A DNA stretch of 64,000 bases from Myxococcales bacterium (GTDB lineage: Bacteria > Myxococcota > Myxococcia > Myxococcales > 40CM-4-68-19). The stretch is taken from the NCBI GenBank assembly GCA_035261845.1, contig DATFTN010000197.1:17923-81922 (forward strand), written 5' to 3'. A program made the translations under genes and the position numbers. The notes beneath the pieces were generated by a model, which was not told the origin of the DNA, ran no database searches, and was given only the letters and a program-made list of their open reading frames with translations. Positions 52,526 through 62,023 of the stretch are shown in pieces; position 1 is the stretch's first letter, and every line of letters starts with the position of its first letter.

Positions 52526-55095
52526 CGACAATTCGTATACGAGTTGTTGCCGGAGTTGCAGTTGTCGAACCCAACCCGCGGCCAGTTCGTACTGACGGTC
52601 GGCACAGCGGCGCCACCAGAGTCGGTTATCAAGGCATACACGTTCCCGTTGTCTGCGCCGAAATAGAGAACACCGTTGGTGTCAATCGTGGGTTCGGACC
52701 CCGGGCCCGCAAACGTCAGATTCGACGCACCAGCTCCTACGCTTGTTCCAATGAATCGCCAAACCAAGGTCGTCGAAGGGGACGGCGGCTTGGTGTACCG
52801 AACCGCAGCCAGTTCATTCAGTCCGCTGTCCGAAAAATAGATGACCTTGTCGAGTCCCATTGCAACTGGTGATGGCGCTCCGATGCTGCTCGTTCCCGCA
52901 TAGTCCACCGCCAGCGCACCGGTTCCGAGATCAAAACCCCGAAGGTGCCCGTCGCTCAAGGTGGCAGCCCCGAATACCAATGCATCTGCTACAACTGGCG
53001 GCGCCGTAACGGCGGTCGCCATAGCGCCAGCTCCCGCCCCTGTCCAAGACTGGGAAGCGAGATCGACGGGGCTAATGGAGTGGTAGGTCTTGTTCTCGCC
53101 GTAAAACACGTTACCTACGAGGGCCACTGAACCAAAGACGACTTGAGTTAAGTCGTGCTTCGTCGGCATACCGAATCCAGCATTCGAATCGAACGAAACC
53201 TTTGCGAGTCCGGTATCGCCGTATGCAAAGTATACCGTACCACCGTCACTCACTGGCGGTCCGACGGTTGCTGGGCCGGCGGCGCCGACAAGCAAGGACG
53301 TGACTTGGTTTAGATCGCACGCCCCGCCACTGCCACCAACAGCCCACATTTTGTCGTTTCCGGAGTTCGCGACCAGCATTCGCTCGCTCGCAGCGGCTGT
53401 TCCAATGACTGCCGGCGCCCCATTTGTTTGGCCGCCGACCGCACAAACGAACTCGGAAGCGAACCCGGTGAGCGAAATTGAGAACCCATAAGCATTTCCG
53501 GCGCTCTGCTGGACAACAAATAAACGGTTTGTCAGAGCGCTGTAAGCCATATTTGCAGTTACGCTCGTGATGGCGGGCGAAACGGAGTGTCCCGTGGACC
53601 CGATAATGGTGCCGAGTCCGTCAAGAGCAACAATTGGATCGCTTGCACCGTTCGTGCCGGCGATCAAGATGAGTCTCTTTCCGCCTACCGGAGGGGTAAG
53701 GATAGGGCTACCCCGAATGTTTGTTATGGCGGAGAATTGCCGGACCCATTTTACTCGCGTGATCTTTATTGGAACAGCGGCAGAAGTCGCTTGATTGCCA
53801 ACATTATCTCTAGCCGAAACAGTCACCGATACGACCCCTTCGCCGTTGTCGTCAGTGTTATTAGGAGTGATCGAAGAGCCGCTAGTCAGGGTGGCGGTTG
53901 AGGGCATGATGTTGAATGCGTAGCTGAGGGCTGTTCCGCTCACGAGAACTCCAGCGGCTGGCGTGCAAGTGTTCCCGGGAATGTTGCACGACATGCCGTT
54001 CAGCGCGTTCGCGCCGCTACCGCCGGCCCCGTCGTCTGCGGTGAACGCGAGTGCGGCCCCGTCGTCGCCCGCGCGCCAGAAGTGACCGCCATCGTGTCCA
54101 CACACGATGCCTGGGCCTGCTGCACAGCCAGCGCCGGCCGTAGGATACGTCGGGGTGAACGAGACAGTCGGCGCCTGTCCGTCGATCCCAACCGAGCCGG
54201 AGCCGCTGTTCGAGCCGGAATCTGCCTGGCGTGGGTGGCCCAGCACGTCTGAGGCCGATACGGAGAATGCGATTAGCGCTTGCGCGCCGCCAAGGACAGG
54301 CACGCCGATGCGCGCGACCTTGAAGTGGTAATTGTCCGTCCCCGCATCGCGCGTGACGGTCCCCTTATCGATCCGGGTAGCGCCCTGCATGAGCATGACC
54401 GTCGTGATGTTCACTCCGGTCCCGGGGTCCACGATGGTGGCCTTCACGTCGATGTCCCCAGCCGCCGTCTGGTTGAACCAGGGGACGGTCGAGACCGTCG
54501 CCTGCGGCGCCGATATGGTGGCGTCCACGGCGACGCTGCGGACCACCGGCCCCGCGTCGTCGACCTTCAAGCCGGCGGTGGGCGTGATCTGGGTCTGGTT
54601 GCTGGACGCGTCGGTAGCGGTGACCTGGAAGAGATAGGGGCCGTCCGTCCCCGCGGGCGTATCGAGCGTCGGCACGGAGAAGTTGTACGTGGTGATGGCC
54701 CCGGCGGTGCTGGTGGTGGTGGCGTCGATCCGGGTGCCGTTGACCGTCAGGAAGACCGACGCGATCTGACCGCCGAAGCCGGCGCCGACGTCCACGCTGA
54801 CAGGGATCAAGTTGCCCCCCGTGCGCGCGTAGAAGCCGTTGAGCCCGGGCGCCGGGTTGTCGGTGACCCGCACCGCCTGGATCACCGGCCCGGTCGAGAC
54901 GCACTGCGAGTTCGCGCACGTCTGGTTCGCCCCGCAGACCGGGTCGCACGCCGAGAGGCAGACGTGCGGATCCACCGTCTGGTCGCAGGTGAGGCCCGTC
55001 TTGCAGTCCGAATTCTGCGAGCAGGTCCCGTTCAGGTCGACCTTGCAGGCCGACGTGCCACACACGACGAGCAACGCAGCGAACAGGCGCTTCAT
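52522..55095 (-). CDS. Large lipoprotein: Cys-rich N-terminus, Ig-like region, PQQ/BamB-like beta-propeller C-terminal part
   Basis: Track ORF 52522..55152 trimmed to MKRLFAALLVVCGTSAC. The Cys-rich segment reads CSQNSDCKTGLTCD...CLSACDPVCGANQTCANSQC. Propeller repeats are present (GTVYFAYGD, KVIYFSDSG, GVLYFGADNGNVYAL). Confidence 0.7.
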   Translation of the reverse strand: MKRLFAALLVVCGTSACKVDLNGTCSQNSDCKTGLTCDQTVDPHVCLSACDPVCGANQTCANSQCVSTGPVIQAVRVTDNPAPGLNGFYARTGGNLIPVSVDVGAGFGGQIASVFLTVNGTRIDATTTSTAGAITTYNFSVPTLDTPAGTDGPYLFQVTATDASSNQTQITPTAGLKVDDAGPVVRSVAVDATISAPQATVSTVPWFNQTAAGDIDVKATIVDPGTGVNITTVMLMQGATRIDKGTVTRDAGTDNYHFKVARIGVPVLGGAQALIAFSVSASDVLGHPRQADSGSNSGSGSVGIDGQAPTVSFTPTYPTAGAGCAAGPGIVCGHDGGHFWRAGDDGAALAFTADDGAGGSGANALNGMSCNIPGNTCTPAAGVLVSGTALSYAFNIMPSTATLTSGSSITPNNTDDNGEGVVSVTVSARDNVGNQATSAAVPIKITRVKWVRQFSAITNIRGSPILTPPVGGKRLILIAGTNGASDPIVALDGLGTIIGSTGHSVSPAITSVTANMAYSALTNRLFVVQQSAGNAYGFSISLTGFASEFVCAVGGQTNGAPAVIGTAAASERMLVANSGNDKMWAVGGSGGACDLNQVTSLLVGAAGPATVGPPVSDGGTVYFAYGDTGLAKVSFDSNAGFGMPTKHDLTQVVFGSVALVGNVFYGENKTYHSISPVDLASQSWTGAGAGAMATAVTAPPVVADALVFGAATLSDGHLRGFDLGTGALAVDYAGTSSIGAPSPVAMGLDKVIYFSDSGLNELAAVRYTKPPSPSTTLVWRFIGTSVGAGASNLTFAGPGSEPTIDTNGVLYFGADNGNVYALITDSGGAAVPTVSTNWPRVGFDNCNSGNNSYTNCR

Positions 55096-55108
55096 CGATT
55101 CTCCGGGA

Positions 55109-56281
55109 TCAGAACGCGAACGTGAGGACAAGGCCCGAGGCCGCCAGGGCACCGCCGACGATGAACAGTATGTTCGCCGCGTTCGCGGCGCTGTGCGCGG
55201 ACGAAATCGTCGCCAGGTCCTGCTGGGTGTAAGCGCCGTTGGCGGCGTAACGGCTGTTGGCGTCGTTGGCGAGGCTCTTGCTGTGCAGCCCCTCGTAGGT
55301 GGCGATGCCGGCCGCGACGACCCCGACGGCGGCCATGGTCATGCCGACGTTCCTGGTCCACTTGGTCGGGGTGGGCCGCACGCTGGGCGCGACGCTGGGT
55401 TTCCCGTCGATGCCGCGCGGCGCCTCCGCGGGAGACATGAGAGCCAGCGCCTCTTCGTGCTCGCGCGCATACAGCGTCACGCCCGGCGAGGGCTGCCGCG
55501 AGACCAGCAGCGGCCGCTCCAGCGAGGTGCGCTTGTCCACCGCGATCCGCACCCGGTGCACCCCGACCGGAAGCCGCAGGCGCTCCGGCCGGCTGGAAGT
55601 GCGCGAGATCGGCTCGCCGTCGACCAGGATCTTGATCTCCGGCAGGTCGGCGTCGACCAGCACTTCGCCGATGCACTCCTGACCCATCAGCAGCTTGCAG
55701 CCCAGCGACTCGGCCCAGACCTGCACTTCGGACGCGGTCTGCGAGGCGATCACCTGGTCCTTGTCGCCCAGCACCCTCTCGCCGCGCGTGTCGACCAGCT
55801 TCACGCGCAGGATGAGGCCGTTCTCCGTCTTGGTCAGATCGCCTGCGAAGACCTCGTCCACTCCCTGCAGGCCGCCCAGGCTGGCCAGGCAGGGCACGTT
55901 GAGGCCGCAGCCCTGCTTCTCGGCCGGCTCGGGCAGCGGGACGACCGACTGGTAACGCCTCGAGGCGTCCGCGACCAGGCGGAACGCATCGTCGACCGCC
56001 TTCAGCAGCGGGTCGGTCTCGCCCTTGCGAACCAGCCGGTACAACCCGAGCGTCGTTCCCGCACCCTTCGGCTTCGACGCCGGCAGCGCGGGCTGCGTGC
56101 TGGGCAGCGGCGGCGCCGGCTGCGCGGTCGGCGCGGCGGGAGTCGCCGGCACCGGCGCCGGGGGCGGAGGCGGCTCGAGCTGCTGTTGCTGCTTGGGCTT
56201 CGACTTCTTGCGCGACGACTGGGCGACGGCCGGCATCGAGGCCATCGAGAACACGACGAGCGCGGCCAGGAGCCGGTGCAT
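55109..56281 (-). CDS. Secreted PEGA-like domain protein with a C-terminal membrane anchor
   Basis: C-terminal part of shadow ORF 55109..56989. The ATG at 56281 follows GGAGG and gives MHRLLAALVVFSMASMPAVAQ. A PEGA-like stretch is present (EIKILVDGEPISRT...LPVGVHRVRIAV). The C-terminal TM is ILFIVGGALAASGLVLTFAF. Confidence 0.6.
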   Translation of the reverse strand: MHRLLAALVVFSMASMPAVAQSSRKKSKPKQQQQLEPPPPPAPVPATPAAPTAQPAPPLPSTQPALPASKPKGAGTTLGLYRLVRKGETDPLLKAVDDAFRLVADASRRYQSVVPLPEPAEKQGCGLNVPCLASLGGLQGVDEVFAGDLTKTENGLILRVKLVDTRGERVLGDKDQVIASQTASEVQVWAESLGCKLLMGQECIGEVLVDADLPEIKILVDGEPISRTSSRPERLRLPVGVHRVRIAVDKRTSLERPLLVSRQPSPGVTLYAREHEEALALMSPAEAPRGIDGKPSVAPSVRPTPTKWTRNVGMTMAAVGVVAAGIATYEGLHSKSLANDANSRYAANGAYTQQDLATISSAHSAANAANILFIVGGALAASGLVLTFAF

Positions 56282-56367
56282 GAAGACCTCCCCCGCCCGC
56301 CAATAACACCGGCGCTGCTGAACGAGCAAGCTACCGCTCGTAGCCGATCGGCGGCCCGACCGCGGCG

Positions 56368-56751
56368 CTACTTGCGAACCGCGATCAAATCGATCTCGAC
56401 GCGTGCGCCTTTCGGCAGGGCCGCGACCTGCACGGTCGACCGCGCTGGAGGCGCGGACGGGAACCGCTTCCCGTAGACCTCGTTGACCGTCGCGAATTCG
56501 TTCAAATCGACGAGGAAAATGCTCGCCTTCACCACGTCGCCGAAACCGACGCCCGCCACAGACAGGACGGCGGCGAGGTTGTCCATCACCCGCTCGGCCT
56601 GGGCGCGCACGTCGCCCTGCACCATTTGCTGCGTCTTCGGGTCGAGGGGGATCTGGCCGCTCAAGAAGACCAACCCGCCGGCCACGATCCCCTGCGAGTA
56701 CGGACCGATCGCCTTCGGCGCGTTGTCGGTGGACAGGACCTGGTTGGGCAT
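56368..56751 (-). CDS. ridA: RidA/YjgF-family reactive intermediate deaminase
   Basis: Track ORF 56368..56787 trimmed to MPNQVLSTDNAPKAIGPYSQG. Motifs seen: FLSGQIPLDP and PARSTVQVAALPKGARVEID. Confidence 0.85.
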   Translation of the reverse strand: MPNQVLSTDNAPKAIGPYSQGIVAGGLVFLSGQIPLDPKTQQMVQGDVRAQAERVMDNLAAVLSVAGVGFGDVVKASIFLVDLNEFATVNEVYGKRFPSAPPARSTVQVAALPKGARVEIDLIAVRK

Positions 56752-56813
56752 CCGCGAGATCCTCCTGCGAAAGTGGGCGCGCCACACTGCGGACTCCGGC
56801 CGCGCCGGTCAAG

Positions 56814-58043
56814 TCACGCGCCGATGTCCGCTCTATTGACGACATGAGGAGGTCGCCGACCGGCTGACCGACGCAGGTCGCGGGCGAGATTTCCTCGGGA
56901 GCCGACGGCCACGCTCGCAAGCCCCAACCAGGCGGCCCACTCCCGCAGCTCGGCCGCCAGTGCCGGCGCGACTGCGGCGCGGTCCGCACGAGCCTCGAGC
57001 CAGGCGCCGGGCACCAGCAGCCGGCGCGCCGCCCGATCGGACTTCAGGTCGACCCGCGCGACCAGCCGATCGCCGAGCAAAAAGGGCAGGACGTACGCTC
57101 CCCACCGGCGCTTCCCGGCAGGCACGAAGATCTCGAACCGGTAGTCGAACCCGAACAGCCGCCGCGTCCGCGGGCGGAACCAGACGACCGGGTCGAACGG
57201 CGACAGCAGGCTGCGCGCCTCGATCCGCGCCGGTTGCGCCTCCGGATGCAAGTACGCCGGCTCGCGCCACCCTTCGACGCGCGCCTCGCGCAGCGCGCCT
57301 GAGGCGAGAAGCTCCACCAGCCTGGGCCGGGCATTGCGCACCGGCATCCGGAAGTAGTCAGCGAGGTCGGCCGCCGTGCCCACTCCATGGGCGCGCGCCG
57401 CCTGCAGCAGGAGCTGCCGCTGCGATTCCTCGCGCTCCACCTCCCGCCGGTGGTGCTCGGCGGGGACGACGCGCTCGGCCAGATCGTACCGCCTGGCGAA
57501 ATCGGCTTCCCGCGCGGCGATGGCAAGGGCCCCCCGACCAAAGTGCGATTCCAGCACCGCACGAGGCACCGAACGGAACCAGGCGTGCTCCAGCTCGTTC
57601 GACGCTCCAGAAAAGAGCGGCAGCTCGTCCGCGCGAAGCGGCCCGCGCGAGCGCACCTCCTCCAGCACCCGCGCCACGTACGCCGGGTTCTTGCGGAGGA
57701 ACCTCTCGAATCCCCACGGCCGCACGCGGTGCTCGTCGCGCCGATAGCGGAGGAGCGGCCACGTCTCGGTGGGCACGATGGACGCCTCGTGCGCCCAGTG
57801 CTCGGTGAACTCGCCGCTGCCGTAGACGAGCTTGTCGAGCAGCGCGCGGCGGTAGGGACCCAGCCGTGAAAACGGCACCTGGTAGTGCGACGGCACCAGC
57901 ACGTTCACGTAGTCGAGCTGCACCAGCGCGATCCGCCGGATGGTCCGCGCCAGGTCGCGGATGGTGACGTGTTGCGGCCGCGGCCGGTCGAATCCCTGCG
58001 CCGCGAGCGCGATGCGGCGCGCCTCGGCAAGCGAGAGCTTCAT
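56814..58043 (-). CDS. Winged-helix DNA-binding protein of the YcaQ/AlkZ-like (DUF1006) family
   Basis: Track ORF of 409 aa. Motifs seen: AEARRIALAAQGF, VQLDYVNVLVPSHY, FGFDYRFEIFVPAGKRRWGAYVLPFL. Confidence 0.7.
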   Translation of the reverse strand: MKLSLAEARRIALAAQGFDRPRPQHVTIRDLARTIRRIALVQLDYVNVLVPSHYQVPFSRLGPYRRALLDKLVYGSGEFTEHWAHEASIVPTETWPLLRYRRDEHRVRPWGFERFLRKNPAYVARVLEEVRSRGPLRADELPLFSGASNELEHAWFRSVPRAVLESHFGRGALAIAAREADFARRYDLAERVVPAEHHRREVEREESQRQLLLQAARAHGVGTAADLADYFRMPVRNARPRLVELLASGALREARVEGWREPAYLHPEAQPARIEARSLLSPFDPVVWFRPRTRRLFGFDYRFEIFVPAGKRRWGAYVLPFLLGDRLVARVDLKSDRAARRLLVPGAWLEARADRAAVAPALAAELREWAAWLGLASVAVGSRGNLARDLRRSAGRRPPHVVNRADIGA

Positions 58044-58050
58044 GGGGCGG

Positions 58051-60231
58051 CTAGACCCGCTCGACCGAGTGCACGCCCGGGATCCGGCCGATGGCGCGCA
58101 CCACGTCGTTGAGCTGCTTCACGTCGACGATCTCGATCTCGAACGTGGAGACCGCTCCCTGCTCGCCGTTGGAGCGCGCGTTGGCCTGCAAGATGTTCAC
58201 CCCCACGTCGGCGAAGGTCTCGCTCATCTTGGCGAGCAGGCCCTTGCGGTCGTCGGACCGGACTCTGAGATTTACGGCCCGCTTGAACTCGCCGTGGACG
58301 TCCCAGGTCACCTCGACGCGGCGCTCCGGGTCCGTCTCCAGGGCCTTGGTGCACGCGCGGGTGTGCACGGTGACACCACGCCCGCGGGTGATGAACCCGA
58401 CGATCTGGTCGCCCGGCACCGGGCTGCAACAGCGGGCGTAGCGGACCAGCACGTCGTCAATTCCACCGATGCGCACGCCGCCTGCAGTGCGCGATCGCTG
58501 CGCGACCTTGCGGAAGAGCTGCGTCAGCCGGCTCTGGTGCTCGACGCTGTCGCCGTCCGCTCCGTCCCCCTTCTTCTGCGCCAGCCGCTCGGGCGGCAGG
58601 AGCCGCTGCAGGACGTTGGCCGGCGAGAGCTTCCCGTACCCCACCGCGCTGACCAGGTCGTCGGCGCGCGAGTGCCCGTAGTCGTTGGCGAGCTTCACGA
58701 ACTCGGGCGTCTTGACCATCTTGGTGAAGGCCAGGTCGAAGCGGCGGAACTCGCGCTCGAGCAGATCGCGGCCGATCTCCAGCGACCTGTCCCGCTGCTG
58801 CTGCTTGATGAACTGCCGGATCTTCGCCTGCGCGCGGGAGGTCTTCACGAACCCCAGCCAGTCCTTGTTGGGCCGGACGTTCGCGTTGGTCAGGATCTCC
58901 ACCGAGTCGCCGTTCTTCAGCTTGGACCGCAGCGGCACCATCTTCCCGTTCACCTTGGCGCCGGCGCAGTGCGCGCCCACCTCGGAGTGGATGGCGTAGG
59001 CGAAGTCGATCGGGCAGCTCCCCTGGGGCAGGCTGCGCACGTCGCCCTTCGGGGTGAAGACGAACACCTCGTCGGTGAAGAGGTCGACCTTCACCGTCTC
59101 CAGGAACTCGCGCGGGTCCTTGAGGTCCTGCTGCCACTCCATCAGCTGGCGCAGCCAGGCGAACTTCTGCTCGTCGCGCCCGCCCGACTTGCCCTCCTTG
59201 TAGACCCAGTGGGCCGCGATGCCTTCCTCGGCGATGCGGTGCATCTCCTCCGTGCGCATCTGGATTTCGATGCGCTCCCCGGTGGGCCCGATCACCGTGG
59301 TGTGCAGCGACTGGTACATGTTGGGCTTGGGGATCGCGATGTAGTCCTTGAAGCGCCCCGGCACCGGTTTCCACAGCGAGTGGATGAGGCCCAGCGCCTC
59401 GTAGCAGGCGGGCACCGACTTCAAGAGCAAGCGGAAGGCGACGATGTCGTGCAGCTGCGACACCGAATTGAGCCCGTTCTTCCGCATCTTCTTCCAGATC
59501 GAATAGAGGTGCTTGGGGCGGCCCTGCACTTCCGCGTCGAGCCCCGCCTCCTTCAGCTTGCTCTGGAGGAGCTGCACGACGTCGGCGATGAACTTCGCCC
59601 GGTCCTTCTGCGTCTGCGCGACCTGCTGCTCGACGTCGGCGTACTCGGCCGCCTTGAGGTAGCGGAAGGCGAGGTCTTCCAGCTCGATCTTGATCCACTG
59701 GATCCCGAGCCGATGCGCCAGGGGCGCGTAGATGTCGAGCGTCTCCTGCGCGATGCGCTGCTGCGCCTCCGGCTTCATGTATGCCAGGGTGCGCATGTTG
59801 TGGGTGCGGTCGGCGAGCTTGACCAGGATGACCCGGATGTCCTTGGCCATCGCCACCAGCATCTTGCGGAAATTCTCCGCCTGCTTCTCTTCCTGGGTGG
59901 TGGGGCCGTGGGAGAAGGTGCCCAGCTTGGTCACCCCTTCGACCAGCGCCAGCACCTCGGGCCCGAACAAGTCGTGGATCTCCTCGGGCTTGGCGAGGGT
60001 GTCCTCGATCGTGTCGTGGAGCAGGCCGGCGATGATGCTGGCCTCGTCCAGCTTCAGCTCCGCGAGCAGGCCGGCGACCTCCAGGGGGTGGACGAGGTAG
60101 GGCTCCCCCGACTTCCGGATCTGCCCCTGGTGGACCTTGGCGCTGTAGACGTAGGCCTTCTTGATCAGGTCCAGATCCGCTTCCGGCCTGTAGGTATTGA
60201 CCCGCTCGAGGATGTCGTTGAGCCGGATCAT
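58051..60231 (-). CDS. rel: Bifunctional (p)ppGpp synthetase/hydrolase (RelA/SpoT homolog)
   Basis: Track ORF 58051..60276 trimmed to MIRLNDILERV. The HD motif is LLHDTIEDT. The synthetase region contains YQSLHTTV. TGS and ACT-like C-terminal regions are present. Confidence 0.9.
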   Translation of the reverse strand: MIRLNDILERVNTYRPEADLDLIKKAYVYSAKVHQGQIRKSGEPYLVHPLEVAGLLAELKLDEASIIAGLLHDTIEDTLAKPEEIHDLFGPEVLALVEGVTKLGTFSHGPTTQEEKQAENFRKMLVAMAKDIRVILVKLADRTHNMRTLAYMKPEAQQRIAQETLDIYAPLAHRLGIQWIKIELEDLAFRYLKAAEYADVEQQVAQTQKDRAKFIADVVQLLQSKLKEAGLDAEVQGRPKHLYSIWKKMRKNGLNSVSQLHDIVAFRLLLKSVPACYEALGLIHSLWKPVPGRFKDYIAIPKPNMYQSLHTTVIGPTGERIEIQMRTEEMHRIAEEGIAAHWVYKEGKSGGRDEQKFAWLRQLMEWQQDLKDPREFLETVKVDLFTDEVFVFTPKGDVRSLPQGSCPIDFAYAIHSEVGAHCAGAKVNGKMVPLRSKLKNGDSVEILTNANVRPNKDWLGFVKTSRAQAKIRQFIKQQQRDRSLEIGRDLLEREFRRFDLAFTKMVKTPEFVKLANDYGHSRADDLVSAVGYGKLSPANVLQRLLPPERLAQKKGDGADGDSVEHQSRLTQLFRKVAQRSRTAGGVRIGGIDDVLVRYARCCSPVPGDQIVGFITRGRGVTVHTRACTKALETDPERRVEVTWDVHGEFKRAVNLRVRSDDRKGLLAKMSETFADVGVNILQANARSNGEQGAVSTFEIEIVDVKQLNDVVRAIGRIPGVHSVERV

Positions 60232-60341
60232 TCTCTTCAAAAAATCAAGCCTAGCCCACGGACGGGCAGGCGGCAAACCTCCTCTGAGTGGATTTGACGC
60301 GTCGTGGCGACAAATGATTCAACCCCTTGACAAGCCTGCGA

Positions 60342-60371
60342 TTGACCCCTCGCCGGGCTGCCCTTTAGACT
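60342..60371 (+). promoter_or_regulatory. Possible sigma-70-type promoter for the FHA gene
   Basis: TTGACC (60342-60347), N18, TAGACT (60366-60371), about 35 nt upstream of the ATG at 60408. A second TTGACA lies 15 nt upstream (60327-60332). Confidence 0.2.
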
Positions 60372-60407
60372 CGATCGACGCTGGTTTTGCCCCGGGGATT
60401 CCTCATC

Positions 60408-62021
60408 ATGGCGATCACGTGCCCCAGCTGCGGCATGGACAACTCGGACGCGGCCACCGAGTGCCGTCGCTGCAGGGCGCCGTTCGCGGAGGCCCCGGCG
60501 GAGGACCTCTCCGCCTCGCTCGGGGTGATCTGTCAGAGGTGCGAGGCCTACAACGCGCCGGGCGTCGCCCGCTGCACCACCTGCGGCTACAAACTGGATG
60601 AGGCGCCGCAGCCGGCCGCGGCGCACGCGCCGGCGCCATCCCTCACACCGGTCGCGACCTCCGAGACGACCCTCTCGGAGGAATTGAGCGCGCTGGCGAT
60701 CAGCGCGGAAGAAGCGGCTGATGCCGGGCTGGAGGTGACGAACGGCGCAGGCGCGGCACCTCCGTCTTCTGAAGCCACTCCCGCCGCACCTGGTCCGGCG
60801 GGCGTTCGCCGCGGCTGGGCAGCCGTCGACGCGGCATTGGGCGGCAGCGTGAGCCTGCGCGATCCCGTGGCGGACAAGGCACGCCAGATGCGCGAGGCGC
60901 TCGCGGCCCTCAAGACCTGCCAGAGCTGTGCGGCGGAAAACCCGCCGGCCGCGAAATTCTGCTACGAGTGCGGCACTCCGTTCGCGAATGCGCCGCAGTC
61001 CTCTGCGCGGAAGGCGAAAGCGGAGCCACCTCCGACGGTCTCGGTCCAGATGGACGAGATGGGGATCGAGGAGCCTGGCCCGGAGGAGGCGCAGGCCCCG
61101 GCGGTGACCGCCGAGGAGCCGCCCGCCGACGACGCGCCCGAGGCCTGGGCGGCGAGCACCGATCCCACCGCCCGTCCCTACGGCGCCGTTCCGGAGACCT
61201 CGCCGATCAACCTTCAGGATCCCTCCCCCGAGCCGCTCGGCTGGGAGGAGCCGGGTGCGGAGAACGCGCCGGCGGCGGTTCCGGTGGACGTGGTCGCGGA
61301 GGTGGCCGACGGCGCGGCCGTCGCGATCACCGATCCCTTGGCGGAAGAGGCGCCGCCCGCCGGCGAGCCCGCGCCGCCCTACCAGGCCTCGCTGGTCGTG
61401 GAGCGGGGCAGCGCGACCGGCACCACCTACGTGCTGGGGCAGATCGAGAACGTGGTGGGCACCGACGGCGCGGCGGTCGAGCTGGCCGACCCGCACCTGG
61501 CGCCGCGCCATGCCGCCATCGTCTTCGACGAGCAACGCCTGCTGGTCCGCGACGAGGGCTCCGCCAACGGGGTCTACGTCAAGGTGCGCCAATCGGCCGC
61601 GATCGAGCCCGGCGACTACTTCCTCGCCGGCGAGCGCTTGCTGCGCTTCGACGGCCCCTGCGAGCTCCCCGTCGGCGAGCCGGGAGACACGCCCTACCTC
61701 GGCTCGCCCCGCCCGCAAGGAACGGTGGTGCAGGTGACCGAGGTCCTCCGCGGCGGGAAGACAGGGCGGACCTGCTTTCGCGCCGGACCGGCGATCGCGG
61801 TGGGACGCACGGGCTGCGACCTGAACTTCGCTTCCGACGCGCAGCTCGCCCCGCGCCACGCGGAGGTGCGGATCGCGCCCGACGGATCGGCCACCCTGGT
61901 CGACCTCGAGGCAGCGCCAGGCGGGGTCTTCCTGCGCCTGCGACCGCAGCAGTGGCTCGAGCTGCAAGCGGGCGACGTTCTCCAGGTCGGCGATCAGGTG
62001 CTGCGGCTCGACGTCGGTTGA
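60408..62021 (+). CDS. Triple zinc-ribbon, double FHA-domain protein
   Basis: Track ORF 60387..62021 trimmed to MAITCPSCG. Three CxxC...CxxC ribbons are present. The two FHA-like cores are ...PHLAPRHAAIVFDEQRLLVRDEGSANGVYV... and ...AQLAPRHAEVRIAPDGSATLVDLEAAPGGVFL... Confidence 0.8.
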   Translation: MAITCPSCGMDNSDAATECRRCRAPFAEAPAEDLSASLGVICQRCEAYNAPGVARCTTCGYKLDEAPQPAAAHAPAPSLTPVATSETTLSEELSALAISAEEAADAGLEVTNGAGAAPPSSEATPAAPGPAGVRRGWAAVDAALGGSVSLRDPVADKARQMREALAALKTCQSCAAENPPAAKFCYECGTPFANAPQSSARKAKAEPPPTVSVQMDEMGIEEPGPEEAQAPAVTAEEPPADDAPEAWAASTDPTARPYGAVPETSPINLQDPSPEPLGWEEPGAENAPAAVPVDVVAEVADGAAVAITDPLAEEAPPAGEPAPPYQASLVVERGSATGTTYVLGQIENVVGTDGAAVELADPHLAPRHAAIVFDEQRLLVRDEGSANGVYVKVRQSAAIEPGDYFLAGERLLRFDGPCELPVGEPGDTPYLGSPRPQGTVVQVTEVLRGGKTGRTCFRAGPAIAVGRTGCDLNFASDAQLAPRHAEVRIAPDGSATLVDLEAAPGGVFLRLRPQQWLELQAGDVLQVGDQVLRLDVG

Positions 62022-62023
62022 GA

